Shown: positions 23,357-37,023, numbered from the stretch's first letter. The stretch: 64,000 bases of DNA from Basidiobolus meristosporus CBS 931.73 (GCA_002104905.1 MCFE01000372.1:1-64000); one strand, 5' to 3'. Numbers and translations: made by a program. The notes: generated from the letters alone by a model not told the origin.

Positions 23357-24675
23357 TGTATTAGATATTAGCAAAGTAGAGATATATGCAAGCGGTTTGC
23401 TTGGAATGGGTGCTCAAGTAAAAGGCTGATGGCCAATACCGGGATCATCCCTGGCTATTTATATTCACGGATTTCGGGTGGATTAATTTCGTCATTGTTC
23501 CCGTCAATGAGTCCAATGTATGCCATGGAACAATCATGTATGCAATTAAGGACGATTTTGATTCCATGTTTTACCGGATGGATTAATCTGGATGAGCAAT
23601 AATGCTGAACGGCTATTTCGTTTCGGCAACTGCCAAGTACCCAAACTTCGCAGCAGAACGTATCTCCAAATTTGGAACTGCGGAAATACTCAATCCGACC
23701 TGACAATTGGCCACCACCACAGCCTAAGCTAAAATAGGCTTCATCATCAATAATGCGTTCATTGGCATACATAGTGACTCACGCTGACCTACCCAGCCCA
23801 AAATTGCGGTAGCCCGCGATGAAAAACTCTGAATATGGGCCACCTAGGAATGGATTTTCACTATCATTGATTTTCAAGTGGCATACCCAGTGGTGGTTGG
23901 GGAGCAGAGTCTAGGCCTACCGCTACCGATGGAGTGGGTGGCTCCGAGGTTTCCTATTAGGTTTAAATAGCTATACCAGTTTCGTCAATGCATACGAGGT
24001 TTGATTGGTATAGATCAGTCCAACAGGGAATGAGCACAGAGCGAAGCACATTAATGTCAACAATTATCCAAATTTGTTTATGTACATTGTGGCGGTAACC
24101 GCTTTATACTAATTTAACTTCACAATAATCACCTTTTGCGACCTCAAATCTGGATTGATCTTCTGGCTTCATTGTTGCTGCCTATTAGTTCACTCGCCTC
24201 ATATGGGTCAAACTTGACGTTAAGCAGTATATTGAAGATGAAAGTGAGCACCATCTATATCTGACAACAGGACTTGAAGTTTCCTTTTATTTATCCACAT
24301 TCGGCATACAACACACAAAATGTGATAGAGGCCTGATAGGTATTCTGTTGGGTGAACTCGGGAGACAAAGGGCTGAAGTGGTATCTGGCAAGGTGACCTC
24401 TTTCCTAGGTCATCTGGAAAAAGATCTGATGGATCGACCTGAAGTCTGCACATCTAATTCAATACGTTGCCTCGGAAGTAACCGATTGTATTGAATATCC
24501 AGGGATCAATCATTGTCGGACACAGGCGTCAGATTGAACGGAGGTTACAGGCAAGAGCAAAGCAGTATAATGCACATCAATATTTTATTTCAACAAAATA
24601 TGCCAAGAAAAGACTACATTATGTGGAATATTATACAGACAAAGTCTACCAATAGGCGAGGGTGCGTGCTTCTTA

Positions 24676-25891
24676 CTATATCATGAATGTTTGGTCTGGT
24701 TGGTTGACAGCATACTCTAAGCCGCTTTCCGAGTGGCGGTTATTCGCAAACGCGTGGCTTTGCGGTAATTCGAACCCGTATGCGAAAGACGGCTGATTAT
24801 CTACGGGGTCTGTCATGGTGCTCTCGATTTTATCGTCCGATCTTGGATGTTTCCTAGGGCGGCCAACAGGACGAACTATTCAGCAGCAGAGTTCATTGGA
24901 AGGAAGTGTTTAGTCTAATCAATCATTATCGGCATATCCTATGTTTCTATTACTATACCACAACTACTGGATTTCTTTCGGAACTCGGCTAAATACATTT
25001 GATATTCCTAGAGTGGAGAGATTGGTTAGAGGTGCGCGAAGAGGTCGGCCTGTCCACACCAACTTTGTATTCGTCAGTCTCTTTGTAACTTCGTAAAGCC
25101 TCGTAGTAGCCTTCTCGGGCCTGTGTTGCACTTAGCTCCACTTGCTCTTTCTCTTCACGACTGATAGCTTTCCATCGGTCCCCAACAATCTTGGCAATTT
25201 CTGTGAATGTCATGTTCTGATTTTTATATTCCGCCCGGACCTTGTTTGAAAACATAACGTAGGCTGATGCAGGTTTCTCCGGCGCATTCTTGTCTGGCTT
25301 TGGGTGGCGTCTATACCGTCGCTTGCCAGCTGGGTTGGAGTATTGCCCCGTATTCAGAGAGATTTGCCGATGCCCTTGTATGGTAAGGCTATGTGGCGAT
25401 AGTGCGCCTGGCGTAAGCATGCGTGATATGACTGGAGAGGTGCTTACTATGTTTGGATACGCGCCATAAGTAACTGTTAGAGCTAAACCAGTAGAATGTA
25501 TAAGGAATCAGGACACTGACCTGTATCAGAAATACTTAAGAAACTCTCGTCGTTAGGGATAAGGGACAAGCCGAAGGCTTGAGAGTGATTGAATGCTCTC
25601 ATACTGGCGATCTCGCGTTGCAGTAGCTATAGAGTGTTGAGTAGGGAGTTTGCGTAAGCTAGTTGAAAGGTTCCTTACTCTCCTATGCCCTCTTTTCACA
25701 TCCATAGCAACCAAGTCATTTTCTGTAATTTCTAACAGCTAACAGGGCAGAAGGGTCGAGTCAGAAAGGCTCACTTTACATAACGAGTACAAGCTAGGAT
25801 ATACCGAATTCAGTTGGTCAAACCCCTCCGATACAAACGTACTATAATACTGTTCCAACTTGCATTTCTTTAAGAAATCCCCTACTTCCAT
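24676..25891 (-). CDS. SAM-domain + HMG-box + AT-hook protein; exons 25891-25805, 25738-25679, 25626-25521, 25473-25064, 25007-24959, 24875-24676
   Basis: SAM: FLKKCKLEQYYSTFVSEGFD...LLEITENDLVAMDVKRGHRRLLQREI. HMG: HPKPDKNAPEKPASAYVMF...FTEIAKIVGDRWK. AT-hook: RPVGRPRKHP. All five introns keep the frame. Confidence 0.88.
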
Positions 25892-26586
25892 GATGTCCAA
25901 GGATGTATTAAACAAAAGGATAACACTTACTAGACCGTAGGTTTGGACCCGATTGAGTAGACTAGTGTGGATAACTCCCAAAGTCAATGAGCACACGCGA
26001 TATCCTCTGTGGTAGAGACTGTGCCAAGTACAGAGTCGCAAGAAATGTATATCACTCTTTATTAGGTGAAAACGGGGGAGGGGTTAGGAGTGGGAATCAA
26101 AGGATGGTGATTGAGATATGAAAGTCACTGAAATCGTGGGAAACGAGGCCAGGTTCTAATCCAAAATGGAAATAGAAGTGCTACATCCTCTCTCTTATGC
26201 CAACCAGGATGGCCTCTTCATGATGAGATTTACACCCAAGAAGGGTACAGCAACTCAACCAATGACTTCTCTTGTCGCTCATAGCAGATTGGCTTAAGAA
26301 TAACGAGTTTGTATATCTGTGTCTGAACTGAATCAAATACATATGTCTTGCTACTCCAATGCATGATTCTCACCCTTGGTCCCTAATCCGAGCGGTATCT
26401 CGCTGCCTCGTGGAATGCCATGTACTGGTATTCATGGCAATATGATCGCGTGGTTTATCTGTACAGCTCTCCTAGTTTGCTCCTTCACCGACTTGAAATC
26501 AATGTTTGTGGTTTAATTGTTGAAAGACCCAAGGGCGCGCTCCTCTTGTCTCAGAGACATTCTGGTGGATCGCCATGAAGGATTTG

Positions 26587-26603
26587 TATATATATATATA
26601 TAT
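26587..26603. repeat. (TA)n microsatellite
   Basis: tatatatatatatatat. Confidence 0.8.
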
Positions 26604-27740
26604 GTTAATCGAGCGTCATGTATTTTTGCTACTCAACAACTACAGGCATGCTGGTGTTACAGTTATCTCTAAACCTGGTCAATTTCTCATGATGAACATA
26701 AGTGACCATATTTTGCGAGTTGCTGTTTGGAGAGTACCTTAGAAGAGGGTATCGAACTTGGGAGGTGGGATATCGGAATGGTTTTCTGGAACTGCAATGG
26801 TGTCTATTTGCCTCACACTTCCGCCACCAGTGTTCCTAACCTACGCCTAAAGGGTATTCATCAAAACAACGTTTTAGCCTTGAAACGCGGCCAAATTTTA
26901 ATGTAAGAGGCCCTTGGTTTAGCATGATTCGGCTCCTGGGTGCTAAGACCAGAGGCAGAGAGGAGGCCATATGAATCCAAGCAATGCAATCTGCAATCTG
27001 GTTGCTATTGGTCGCAACCACTTTCACATGGATCGTTGAGTTGCGGTCAACATTCAGGTTTCATTTTTGAAGCTTCAAAGCAATGGCCGATAGAAAGTGA
27101 GCAATCTTGATTGCCTATATCGACCTTGTTCCATGTATCCTTCGTTCTTGGGCGCATTATGGTGAAGTCATCTATTTCAGCGAATTATGAGGTCGTACCA
27201 AGTGGGTCACAGTATATGCAACCAAATCTTGGTAGTGGGCAGCAGTGGATCAGAAATCTAGCAAATTCTGACGGTGAAATGGCTCGGAAAAATCTGCTCG
27301 ATGGGCATTTCAGGTGGCTTTAGAGTATTTCAGTTGGGATCGTTGCTTGATGAAAACCCGCGCCCACGATGCAAAAGGTATTGACATCCAGTGTCGACCA
27401 GAAGTTAACACCCGATATAGTGGTATGCTTGTTATTGCACAAAGCGTGCAGATAGGAGGAGTGGAAAACCCGGAAACAATGAAGCCGGCTTGCTGCAGCG
27501 GATGTTCCATGTTTGGATGGATATATGTACCATCTCACGATTTCCAAATAATCTCCGATAACGTCCACGGAACAAACCCTTTACTGCTAATGTATGTATT
27601 TATTCCCAGGATGGTAGACTCCGATATCTCCACAATATAAACAGCAGTCACCAGACATCCCATCTTCAATACACTACCTCGAGTTACCTTTTCAAGTGTT
27701 TTACATCCACGTCTCATCAATCAATATCAAGTTGCACAGG

Positions 27741-28031
27741 ATGTTCTCTGCTCTTCGTGTTGCGATTCTATGCTTGGTAATTAGTGGTATATTCCTAGTC
27801 CAAGCTCAAAGTGGGAACGACCTGCCAGTCCGCATTCAGCAGTTTACTTCGAACATCCCCGAGACAACCTCCGTTCCTAGTCCTACTATGTCCCCCAGCT
27901 TTTCCACAGGGTATGCGTACCCTTCACCATCACCTGCAAAATCTGAATCAAGCCACCAAATGTTGGCGAAAGGTGTTATCTACACAAGCATTGGCCTCCT
28001 CAGTTACATATTCGGTTCCGAGTATTCTTAG
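27741..28031 (+). CDS. Small secreted Ser/Thr/Pro-rich protein, possibly GPI-anchored
   Basis: Signal peptide MFSALRVAILCLVISGIFLVQA, S/T/P-rich middle and hydrophobic C-terminus GVIYTSIGLLSYIF. Confidence 0.6.
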   Translation: MFSALRVAILCLVISGIFLVQAQSGNDLPVRIQQFTSNIPETTSVPSPTMSPSFSTGYAYPSPSPAKSESSHQMLAKGVIYTSIGLLSYIFGSEYS

Positions 28032-31007
28032 CATTGGAAATATCCAACTTGGATGCCCCTTACCGCTCCTGCCTATCCTCAATTAACGTATTATTTAAAC
28101 CAGTCGCACGGCATTCCGTTGCTTACCTCCTTTCTTCTAAAACATCCGCTCTCTTCCAGAGTATACAGAAATAAAATTTCAGTATAGGAGTGTTGAAAGT
28201 TCCCTATAAGATAGGATTTAATTCGTATTCACTTTCTGATACCTTTTGGTGAAATATTTACTGTGTAGTAACCCCCCAAATCGCCTGTGTATGAAACATA
28301 CATCGCTATAGTTCGATCATAGCCTCGGCCTGCTGATCGAGCTGGCATTCAAGTTCTGCGTAGGTTATCTATTTTCCAAATGGCTACCTCTGTCACTGTA
28401 TTGAACTACTACTAGTATGTAGCATCTCTACTGCTTACCGCGCACTTGAGCGTCACTCTAGATGTAATATCAAACAAGTAGGAAATCAAGCTAACAAGTG
28501 AAATATCCCCTACTATTTGTAATACGTAAATATAAATCAGACAGTGCAAAATTCAAAAACGAAGAACGCGGTAACTTTTTTATTTTTGATATGGAGTATG
28601 GAAGACAGCCACCAAACTCGAGTTCTTGCAATAGGTTGTCTTACTTTTCAGGGTAGCTTCTAACTTAACCTCAGCAAGCAGAAAAGACTATTAAGGCATT
28701 CTATATGTCCCTTGATTGTGTATAACCACAGAACAAAGCGGTCTCTTTCTTTCCGGGAGGAGTGACCGCTATCTTGGATACACCAGGAAGTCGAATACTT
28801 AAAGAAGCCTGGTAGTGGACATCATGCAATTAACTTTCATTCGTACACCTAGTAACTGAATATAGGGGTCACCAATAGTGAGCGTCGGGTCTTCAGAGCT
28901 AAGCTAATTCCTTCATTATTTCTCTTGGGTCTATATAATATGTCTGCCCATTATAAAGTTGGCGTGTACCTCGTAGTAAGCAACCCTTAATAGCCCTATA
29001 ATTAGGGTAGAATAGTAGAAAATGTGCAGGTAGACGTATCAGTAAAAAAATGAAATTCAACTAAAATACTTGGAATCGATGTATTCCCCATCCCGAGAGT
29101 AGTCCCCATTTTCTTTGCTAGAGTACCAAGTTCAATCATCCAGGCAGCTTAACTATATCTCTTCATAGCCCGAATTCTGTTGATTTCTATGAAAAGCTTG
29201 CCATATCACAACAACGATTACTCATTTCCTCCGGTTTGACAGGCATGCGGCACACTCTGTACCTTTTTCCAGCACCAATATCATGTTTGGCTACGCTTGG
29301 GGATTCACATTTCACTTTGCTAATCCGTGATAGATACACAGTAATCGCATAGAACTAGTATCTGAACTGAGAGCCAAGTGTGCACTTCCTTTTTAAGCAG
29401 TTTAATGTATATAATGGACGAGCGATGCCTACACTGGGCAAGGAACACGCTTCCATATTGTATCAAACACAAGAGCCACAGTTTGTGTACCACGATGGTG
29501 CTTCTTGATAATGTATCTGGAACGAGAGATTATCAGTCTCGAACCTACTCACAAGTTCTCGCCAATCCATGCCAATCCAGCCTTGTCCATAACTAATAGC
29601 AACACAAGTTCCACCAGCTTCATAGCTCAGTGATCGATACAGTTCGCACCGTGATCGAGTATCGAAGCTGCCATCTTCACATGAAAGATGGAATTGAGGG
29701 CCATTTAGCTCAAAATACTCAACGTCAGAAACCTATGTCGCAAGCCATCTGATGGCGCGCATGCATATTCTTGAATGTTTAGCCTGGTTCTATATGGAAA
29801 TAATGAGAAATCAGGTTTCTTTATTGCTGAACCAGCATGCATGAATAAGCTTCATATGATCTCTGAATATTCTCTTTCATGGCTTTCCATGGACAGGAGT
29901 ACGAGGCTAGACTGAAATGTGTAATGTTGATCTAAGCCAAAAGAAAACATCCTACCAAGACTAGGATGAGGCTAATTACTTGTTTATTAACAAGAGTTGG
30001 AATTTTCGTAATTGACCAACATTGATTGATACACTATTGTAAGATATTGAATGTGGCATCTGCTCAGTAGATATAGATTGCCTTGAATCCCCCGACTTCC
30101 AATATTAATCAAGCGATGACTACCTCGGTCTCCGCATCCTAAACTATGATGCGACACATTTCATGCTGGATCGACCACCGATTGCTGCGATCAACGGAAG
30201 CTTATCGCCATCACACTATTGCAATAGTAAAGCCTGGGTAAGGATATATGATACACGTGACGAGTCAAAAGGTTGCTGTTCTAGAGACGGGTTGTGGTTG
30301 GAGTACTCTGAGTATTCTACGTTTGAAAAACTGGTTCTGAACCCTCAGGGTTTTACCGACCTGTTTAGGATATCTATTCACCGCAACTCCTCTACATATG
30401 GCTCAACTAACTGTAAGTAAATAGCATATCACATCCGAGTTGCCATATTTATCATCCAGGCTTAGCACTGCTAAGGCGTAATGGAATATTGTTGTGATTT
30501 TAGAAGCCTCACAATAGTCCCTCAGTAAATGATGAAACAATCCTCTTACTGAGATGCGTAGGCGCCGAACCCTTAGCAATAAGGGAACAACTCCAGCACC
30601 AGGGATGGTCTGCGTGAGGGGAATATACGATATATGGGGTGTCCCAATGGTGATGCCCTGCGAAATTGTATCCATTCTATTTTAAAGCTTGGCACATACA
30701 GCCCACATTCCACAACAATTAAATAAACCAGTTCAATTACTAGCCCAATCCAATGAGTAACAGGAGATAGCATCGAGCAGGGAGGAGCGCTGGCCTGTTT
30801 GAACCGGTTTTTTAGGCTCTGTCCGTAAGCTCACCAATAACGGTCTGCAGCAGAGTGGCACTACTTTAGCAGGCATAAGCTCCAGCTACCCCAAATATGG
30901 CTAAGCGCATATTATGGAGCTCTACCCTAAGCTTAAAAAAGAGTGATGGTCTAACAAATTCTCTTCCACCATTTCATCCACTAACGTCACATTCTATTTT
31001 GCTTTGA

Positions 31008-32090
31008 ATGGTTTACAACCTGCCACCCTTATATGAGCGTCGATGGCCTTTTGCTTTACGTCTGAAATGCTCCATCATCCCAAGAATCGTCATTAAAGTT
31101 CTGCTACTAACGGCATATAGCATTATTGTGGTGGTGATCCACAAATATGGAGGGCCCAAGTTGAACTTTAAGGAGAATCTGATCACCATACTTGGTATGG
31201 TCACTTCTCTACTTCTGGTTTTCCGTACCAACACTGCCTATGATCGCTATTGGGAAGGGCGTCGTTTGTGGAGTTCACAAATCACAAATCTTCGCACCTT
31301 GACTCGCTTAATTTGGATAAACATCAAAGAGCAGAGTGATCCTGATCGCAAAGCAAAAGAGGCGGCGATTAAGCTTTTGATTTCTGTCGCCTACGCTACA
31401 AAGCACTACCTTCGAGAGGAATATGACTATCGGGATGTTACAACCGACATAGCCCCCTTTCTGCGCGCCTCACGCTCTAAATACCGCACTCCAACATCAA
31501 TCAGTGATCAAAGAGAAACCGAACTGTTGCGCCCCATATACCCACCAACTGAGAGCAAGGCTCCCGGCTCTAACCTCCCGCTGGAGATTACTATCCATTT
31601 AACGTCCTATATCCAGCGGGAAAAAGATAAGGGGAACGTGGATGCGCCTCTATACTCCCTTCTCACTACTTCTGTCAACAACCTCGTTGATTGCCTAACT
31701 GGATTCGAGAGAATCTTACGAACACCGATACCAGTTGCGTACTCCATCCATTTAGCCCAGACAGTGTGGTTGTATTGTATAATGCTACCCTATCAGATCA
31801 TCGAGCCCCTAGGTTGGGTTACCCCACTCGTGGTGGCAGCAGCGGCTTTTACGTTATTTGGGATTCTAGCGATCGGCGGTGAGTTGGAAAATCCGTTTGG
31901 TTTCGACTGGAACGACCTTCCTTTGGACAACCTCTGCACAATCATCAAGGAGGAGATCTTGGCTATCATACGAGTCTCACCACCCAGTGTCGACACCTGG
32001 TTGCTTCAGGAGGTTGAATCCACCGGGGTCAAGCTGGAGATACCTAGCTTTGCCCCGAAAGGAGTGTCGAAAAGCCTATATTCCCAGTGA
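31008..32090 (+). CDS. Bestrophin-like (UPF0187/YneE-type) ion channel
   Basis: LLLVFRTNTAYDRYWEGRRLW, ERILRTPIPVAY and ELENPFGFDWNDLPLD motifs. Confidence 0.92.
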   Translation: MVYNLPPLYERRWPFALRLKCSIIPRIVIKVLLLTAYSIIVVVIHKYGGPKLNFKENLITILGMVTSLLLVFRTNTAYDRYWEGRRLWSSQITNLRTLTRLIWINIKEQSDPDRKAKEAAIKLLISVAYATKHYLREEYDYRDVTTDIAPFLRASRSKYRTPTSISDQRETELLRPIYPPTESKAPGSNLPLEITIHLTSYIQREKDKGNVDAPLYSLLTTSVNNLVDCLTGFERILRTPIPVAYSIHLAQTVWLYCIMLPYQIIEPLGWVTPLVVAAAAFTLFGILAIGGELENPFGFDWNDLPLDNLCTIIKEEILAIIRVSPPSVDTWLLQEVESTGVKLEIPSFAPKGVSKSLYSQ

Positions 32091-33001
32091 TTCGATTGGT
32101 ATAAGCGTTCCTGAAATGTGCATGGCTCTTGATGAGTAGCATGACGTACTTGTACTATTTTGATACCCTTCTGCATTAGCCATGTCGGACCTCTGTTCAG
32201 TATTAATGGTAATTATTAAACGAAACCGATGTGCGAAACATCGTAATCTCCCCCAAACACACCACGCCAACCAGTATTGAGCAACCCACTTCGGCAATAA
32301 TCACTTGGCCTTTTCTGAACCGAAAATTTTCCATGTGCTACGTGATTTCAGAATATTCCTAAGGTAGCGGAAGTGATCTGGGATAGATGGAGCGTCGATG
32401 GTGCGGTGGTGGAATTCCGCCAACACATATCCAGCAATGAGATTTATCCGTGGCAAGAGTGCATGAAGCATGCCACATAAGTCCAGTGTAGTACTGCAGT
32501 GAATGGAAATATGATCTATTCACCCGCAATGGCTTTGATTTGGCGAGCACTAGATTAGTTTTAATTTGGTGTCACCTCCATAGCATCATCGTTACCTAGC
32601 CAGATGTTTTGTATGGGGAGATGCATACCAGCTCTTCCAAGAAAGAGAGTGTTATGAGCCAAAGGCTACATTAATCGGTGACACCCCTTGGGGGACAGCT
32701 ATAATATAGCCTCTAATCCTATCAATCAATCAGGAGAACGTTAGGTCTTCCATTATTGACTCAACTGTTTGAAGATAGAATGCATGAGGTACATATATCT
32801 ATAGATCTCATCATGTATGAAGCATTATATCATGATCTGCCCTAGTTGTGCCCGGCACTGAGCTCTCGGAAACACAAGCAAAAACACTCCAGGCCATTGG
32901 TCAACGAGCTATTAAGCGGGATGATTATTGTGTATAAAGCTCCTGCGTCCGAGGCTCCACCGACAAACGGTAGCAACTTCCGTCGTCTACAGCGAGTTAC
33001 A

Positions 33002-33775
33002 ATGTCCGTACACTCTATCTCTGCGCTCAAAATCCAAGTGATCAGGGCAAGAAATCTGGCCCCCAAAGATAGTAACGGGCTTTCCGACCCGTTTGTTGTG
33101 GTTAAGCTTCAAAACAAAAAGAAGACCACCAAAATCGTCCCCAAAAGTCTCAACCCAACTTGGGACACCACATTTGAGTTCAAGATCAACATGAGAAACC
33201 CACCCAAATTCATCCAAGTAGTGTGCTGGGATAACGACTTCTTTGGCAGGGACTTCATGGGTCAGCTTAACCTTTCATTTCGCGAGCTGTTCATTGACGG
33301 CGTGCCGATCTCGTTCGATCCTTCGCAGAGAAGAACAATTTGGTACACATTGGAGAAGAAGAGCTCCAAGGATGTGGTTAGCGGCGAGATAGAGCTCAAC
33401 ATGGGTTTCGTCTTGACCTCTTCCTCCAACCGTGCGGAGGACTGGGTTCCTGTTTATGAGGCGTTAGTCGGCAAGGCGCCATCATTCACCTCCACTCCCT
33501 CAACGCTTACATTGGACAATTTCGATGATTTGTCGTCGGAGTCTGACAGTGACTACGATGATGAGCCTAATCAATTACCTTCTCCTCAGCCATCTCCCAA
33601 TCCAAGATATCAGGGTCAGGGCTACCCCCCTCAACGGCCCTACCAGCAAGGATACCCCGCTAAGCAATCACTCTATCCTCCACGTCAATCGACATACCCC
33701 CCTCCTAGAAGCCCATCACCCAATAGATATGCTCCCGATCGGACCAATACTCAGCCTGCGCCTGGGATGATTTGA
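33002..33775 (+). CDS. Single C2-domain protein with acidic and Pro/Gln/Tyr-rich tail (start could be upstream, e.g. 32921)
   Basis: LKIQVIRARNLAPKDSNGLSDPFVVV...SLNPTWDTTFEF...CWDNDFFGRDFMG...WYTL...VSGEI. The five Ca-binding Asp positions appear present. Confidence 0.85.
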   Translation: MSVHSISALKIQVIRARNLAPKDSNGLSDPFVVVKLQNKKKTTKIVPKSLNPTWDTTFEFKINMRNPPKFIQVVCWDNDFFGRDFMGQLNLSFRELFIDGVPISFDPSQRRTIWYTLEKKSSKDVVSGEIELNMGFVLTSSSNRAEDWVPVYEALVGKAPSFTSTPSTLTLDNFDDLSSESDSDYDDEPNQLPSPQPSPNPRYQGQGYPPQRPYQQGYPAKQSLYPPRQSTYPPPRSPSPNRYAPDRTNTQPAPGMI

Positions 33776-36700
33776 ATACCCGCAAGCATCTTATAGATTT
33801 GGAAAAATTCATCGCTTCGTATTTTCTAGTCGCATTCCCTACTGTCATTATCGCCCTATCGTTTATTTACTCCCTAATATCAACATGTAATTTATAATAT
33901 AATATGCCAAGATATTTTCTATGGCACCATAAAGTAGGTGTTTCAGCCATTATCCCGCTCATCTGCTGCTGGCTTGATCTTCTGCCAACGGTGGTTGTTT
34001 GACTTGATGTATCGAGTCGTGGGTCAAGCCGAGCTGGTTTGTTTACTTCGAATTACGCTGCAGCCTGTGCAAATAGTGCCTCTAAATACATGAGAGGTGC
34101 AGTCAGCTCAGTTTCTTGGTGTAGTGGTAGTATTTCACATGGCACCATGCTGCTTGAAATCAGTATAGGAATTATCCAAGATATCACGGGTAGCTTTACT
34201 GCACACTGCAGAGAGCCTCTAACCACTATTTCAGCAAGAGCCACCATTACCTTTACCGGTGTACGTGAGGATTGTAGGGAAGTTATGCATTGACGGGATT
34301 GAGAATGGTGGAGAAGGAGACAATGGTACAGCTATTCCTGATTTGCCACCTCCATAACTTCCAATCCACTAATATGCATCTTCCACTGCAAAAAGTTTCA
34401 GATAAAGAGAAATACCGAGATCCTAGCCGCTTGCTATCCTCGGTAGAATAGTTAAGGAAAGCAACAGTGTGATTCAGAGATCACGGTGCGTCAAGCCCAA
34501 TACCGTGAAACCTCTTTCCATTGCTGATGGTGTATTTATGTAGCCGGAGTGGGCTTATGTGTGTGCAATAGTGTGCTCTCCATACATTCCTGACGGGTGT
34601 ATTTTTAGAGTAGTAATATGATGGTTTCGGTGAGATTGCCATCTTCAGCCAACGGTGAACCGAATAGATTCTTTGATCAGTATAAATCACACCTGCACAT
34701 GGGCTACCAAGCCACGGCTATTTAGCTAGTGCGTGGCTCGCGTGAGAGAGCACAAACCAGTTGGATCTCTGACAAGTGACCAACCTATATGCCTTCGAGA
34801 AAGACATCATTGTGTAAGCCTACTGCCACTCATGTTGAAGCTTGGCTTAGACATCCAATGAAGTCACTTCATTGTTTCAGATAGATGAGAAAAGAACAAT
34901 GTTGATTGATCTGAGGAGTGGGAATTAATGGGGCCGCACAGGTCTAAGTAGAATGGACTCGGACTACTCTGGCTACCTATTCGCTCTCTCGCCAAATGTA
35001 TAGTCGCATGGCTCGTAGGTCTATTTTTAACGATAGTTAAGGTGACTTCCGAATCGTGCAAACGGCATACATGAAATTGGCTGATCCTCGATGAAGCAAT
35101 ATGAAGTGGACTGGACCCCATATATTTCTACTTTGGAAGGCCGCTGGGTATCAAGCAGTAAGACCAGCTTCGAATTACCCCTCAATCTACTAAAGCCAAT
35201 AGCTAGAGGGAGGGGAGAGGTTTTTGTGCAACATGACGTCTGCTGTTAGGAATTCGGTGAGTGGAGGAGGCATGTGGCTCATCGATATATATCAGAACAA
35301 TCCGGAATTCAGAGAATATATTTAGAAAATTGTTCATATTGAAAACTCACACGGCAGCAGCCGACCTCTTAATTTGAACATTGGCTCGAATCATTCGTCG
35401 AGTGCGGTAGGGGGATCTCATTGGTAGCAAAAGTTGGTCAGACAAACATGTGGCTTGTATTCTATTGCCATGGCTATATTCTGTGAGCGATATATTTACC
35501 AACCAAAGAAATTTCCGGTTCAAACTCTAATTCTTTCCGGCTCATGTCCGTGTTGCAAATGGATGGGTTTTGATCAGTCGGTTCGGTATTGGAGATTCAA
35601 GTGGTTGCATGATATAGTAGCCCTGATAAGCTATTAATAGTGGCTCCAAGGTTTATCCAATGGTGTCTCTGACTCAGCTCTAGCGACTAGAAGCCCCATC
35701 AGATGGCTATAACTAGCTTTATCGTGCCACCTCAAAGAATCCCGGGCAGTGCTGTAGAACTAGCTGGTGCTGAAAACCCAAGTACACTCTGTGTTTACGG
35801 GGAAACCATGGAATGGTCCTTTGGAATAGTTGTGCGTGGTTGTGGAGGCGGCAATAAGCAATGACAGACCAGGGGGTCGTTCTGTGAACGAGTGTAGAGT
35901 CAACATAAAAAATCCCCGGCAATTGTCCAGAAATGTTATCCAAGTATGTGTCGCCTGCCATTTGCGGAGTTGGAGCAATCTATTTGCGTATGGCATGCTT
36001 TATTACATTCCCTATCGGGAGGCTGTGAAAGCAGAGGGATAACGATGGGTAATCTGTTTTTCCCTGAGCTTCAACTCCACTTCCCTCACATAAGATAAGC
36101 CCTACCAAGTGATTGATCCTGAGCCTGCAACCCATTCAATGTATAGCTACCAACGGCAAATATTACTCCCTATAAGCTGGTTCTTGTCTTGTCAAAATCA
36201 CTACCTTCTTGCATTGGTGGTATAGATCTTCTTATAGATGATTCGTGGAGCCTCGAAAGAGAAGAGTGTCCGAACTCTGTAGTCCATCACTCATTGGCGA
36301 ATTCCGACACTCATGAGTCATCTTCAACCTGAGATGCTGCCAACTCGAGTAAATTACTATAGTTCGCATTTGTCAAGTATTTCCTGATAAGGCCATTATA
36401 TCACCTCAAAGGGCATCCTTTCGCCATCAAGATAGAATAACGCTAAATGGAAAGTAGATTGGAGTTCGGGACTTGTATTTACGCACATCCTCACTTCCCG
36501 ATGTGCAGTGTAATGGTCGCATGTGTTAACTACGGTCGAGACTTTTCTTTTGGCGTTGTATTTAGGCTGGTAACTTGTATATGGGCCGGATTCGTGAGTA
36601 CCACCATCAGGTTTGATCAGCACACTTTCTCAATGAACAATGGCGATGGACGCCAAATGCACCATATTACAAATCGAGCCTATGGAATCGAAGGCTTATT

Positions 36701-37023
36701 ATAGGTGGTTGCTAATATGTGCCAATGCCCAAAATAACTTCTGGCCGTTGTAAGCAAGTCATTGCACAGCCACAGTTTCCTGGCGGCGTTTAAGGTATGT
36801 TAAGGTTACGTTGACCGCGACTTTGATGTAACCGTGCAAAGACTCGTTTCGATAATGCCACGAAGATCTATGTTTAGTTGGTCGGGTAGTTTCGATGATT
36901 GGTGGATCTTCATCTCGACACTTATAATTATATCTGGTGTTCGTTAATAAAGAGCAATTCCAATTCAAGCGGTCAGTTGGGAGCGTTGTGTGTCACAGTT
37001 GAGCATATGTCGCCACAAGAGGA

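Noticed and set aside
24676-25891. HMG gene as a mating-type sexP/sexM locus
   Set aside because: It carries a SAM domain and introns, and is not flanked by the triose-phosphate transporter/RNA helicase genes typical of Mucorales sex loci.
27100-27720. Cluster of overlapping short ORFs, including an LLVDTG retropepsin-like word
   Set aside because: No consistent frame or recognisable domain, and no CpG depletion suggesting a TE relic.
33950-34300. Minus-strand frame that opens up if TGA is read as CGA
   Set aside because: No recognisable product, and the stop frequency is compatible with random sequence.
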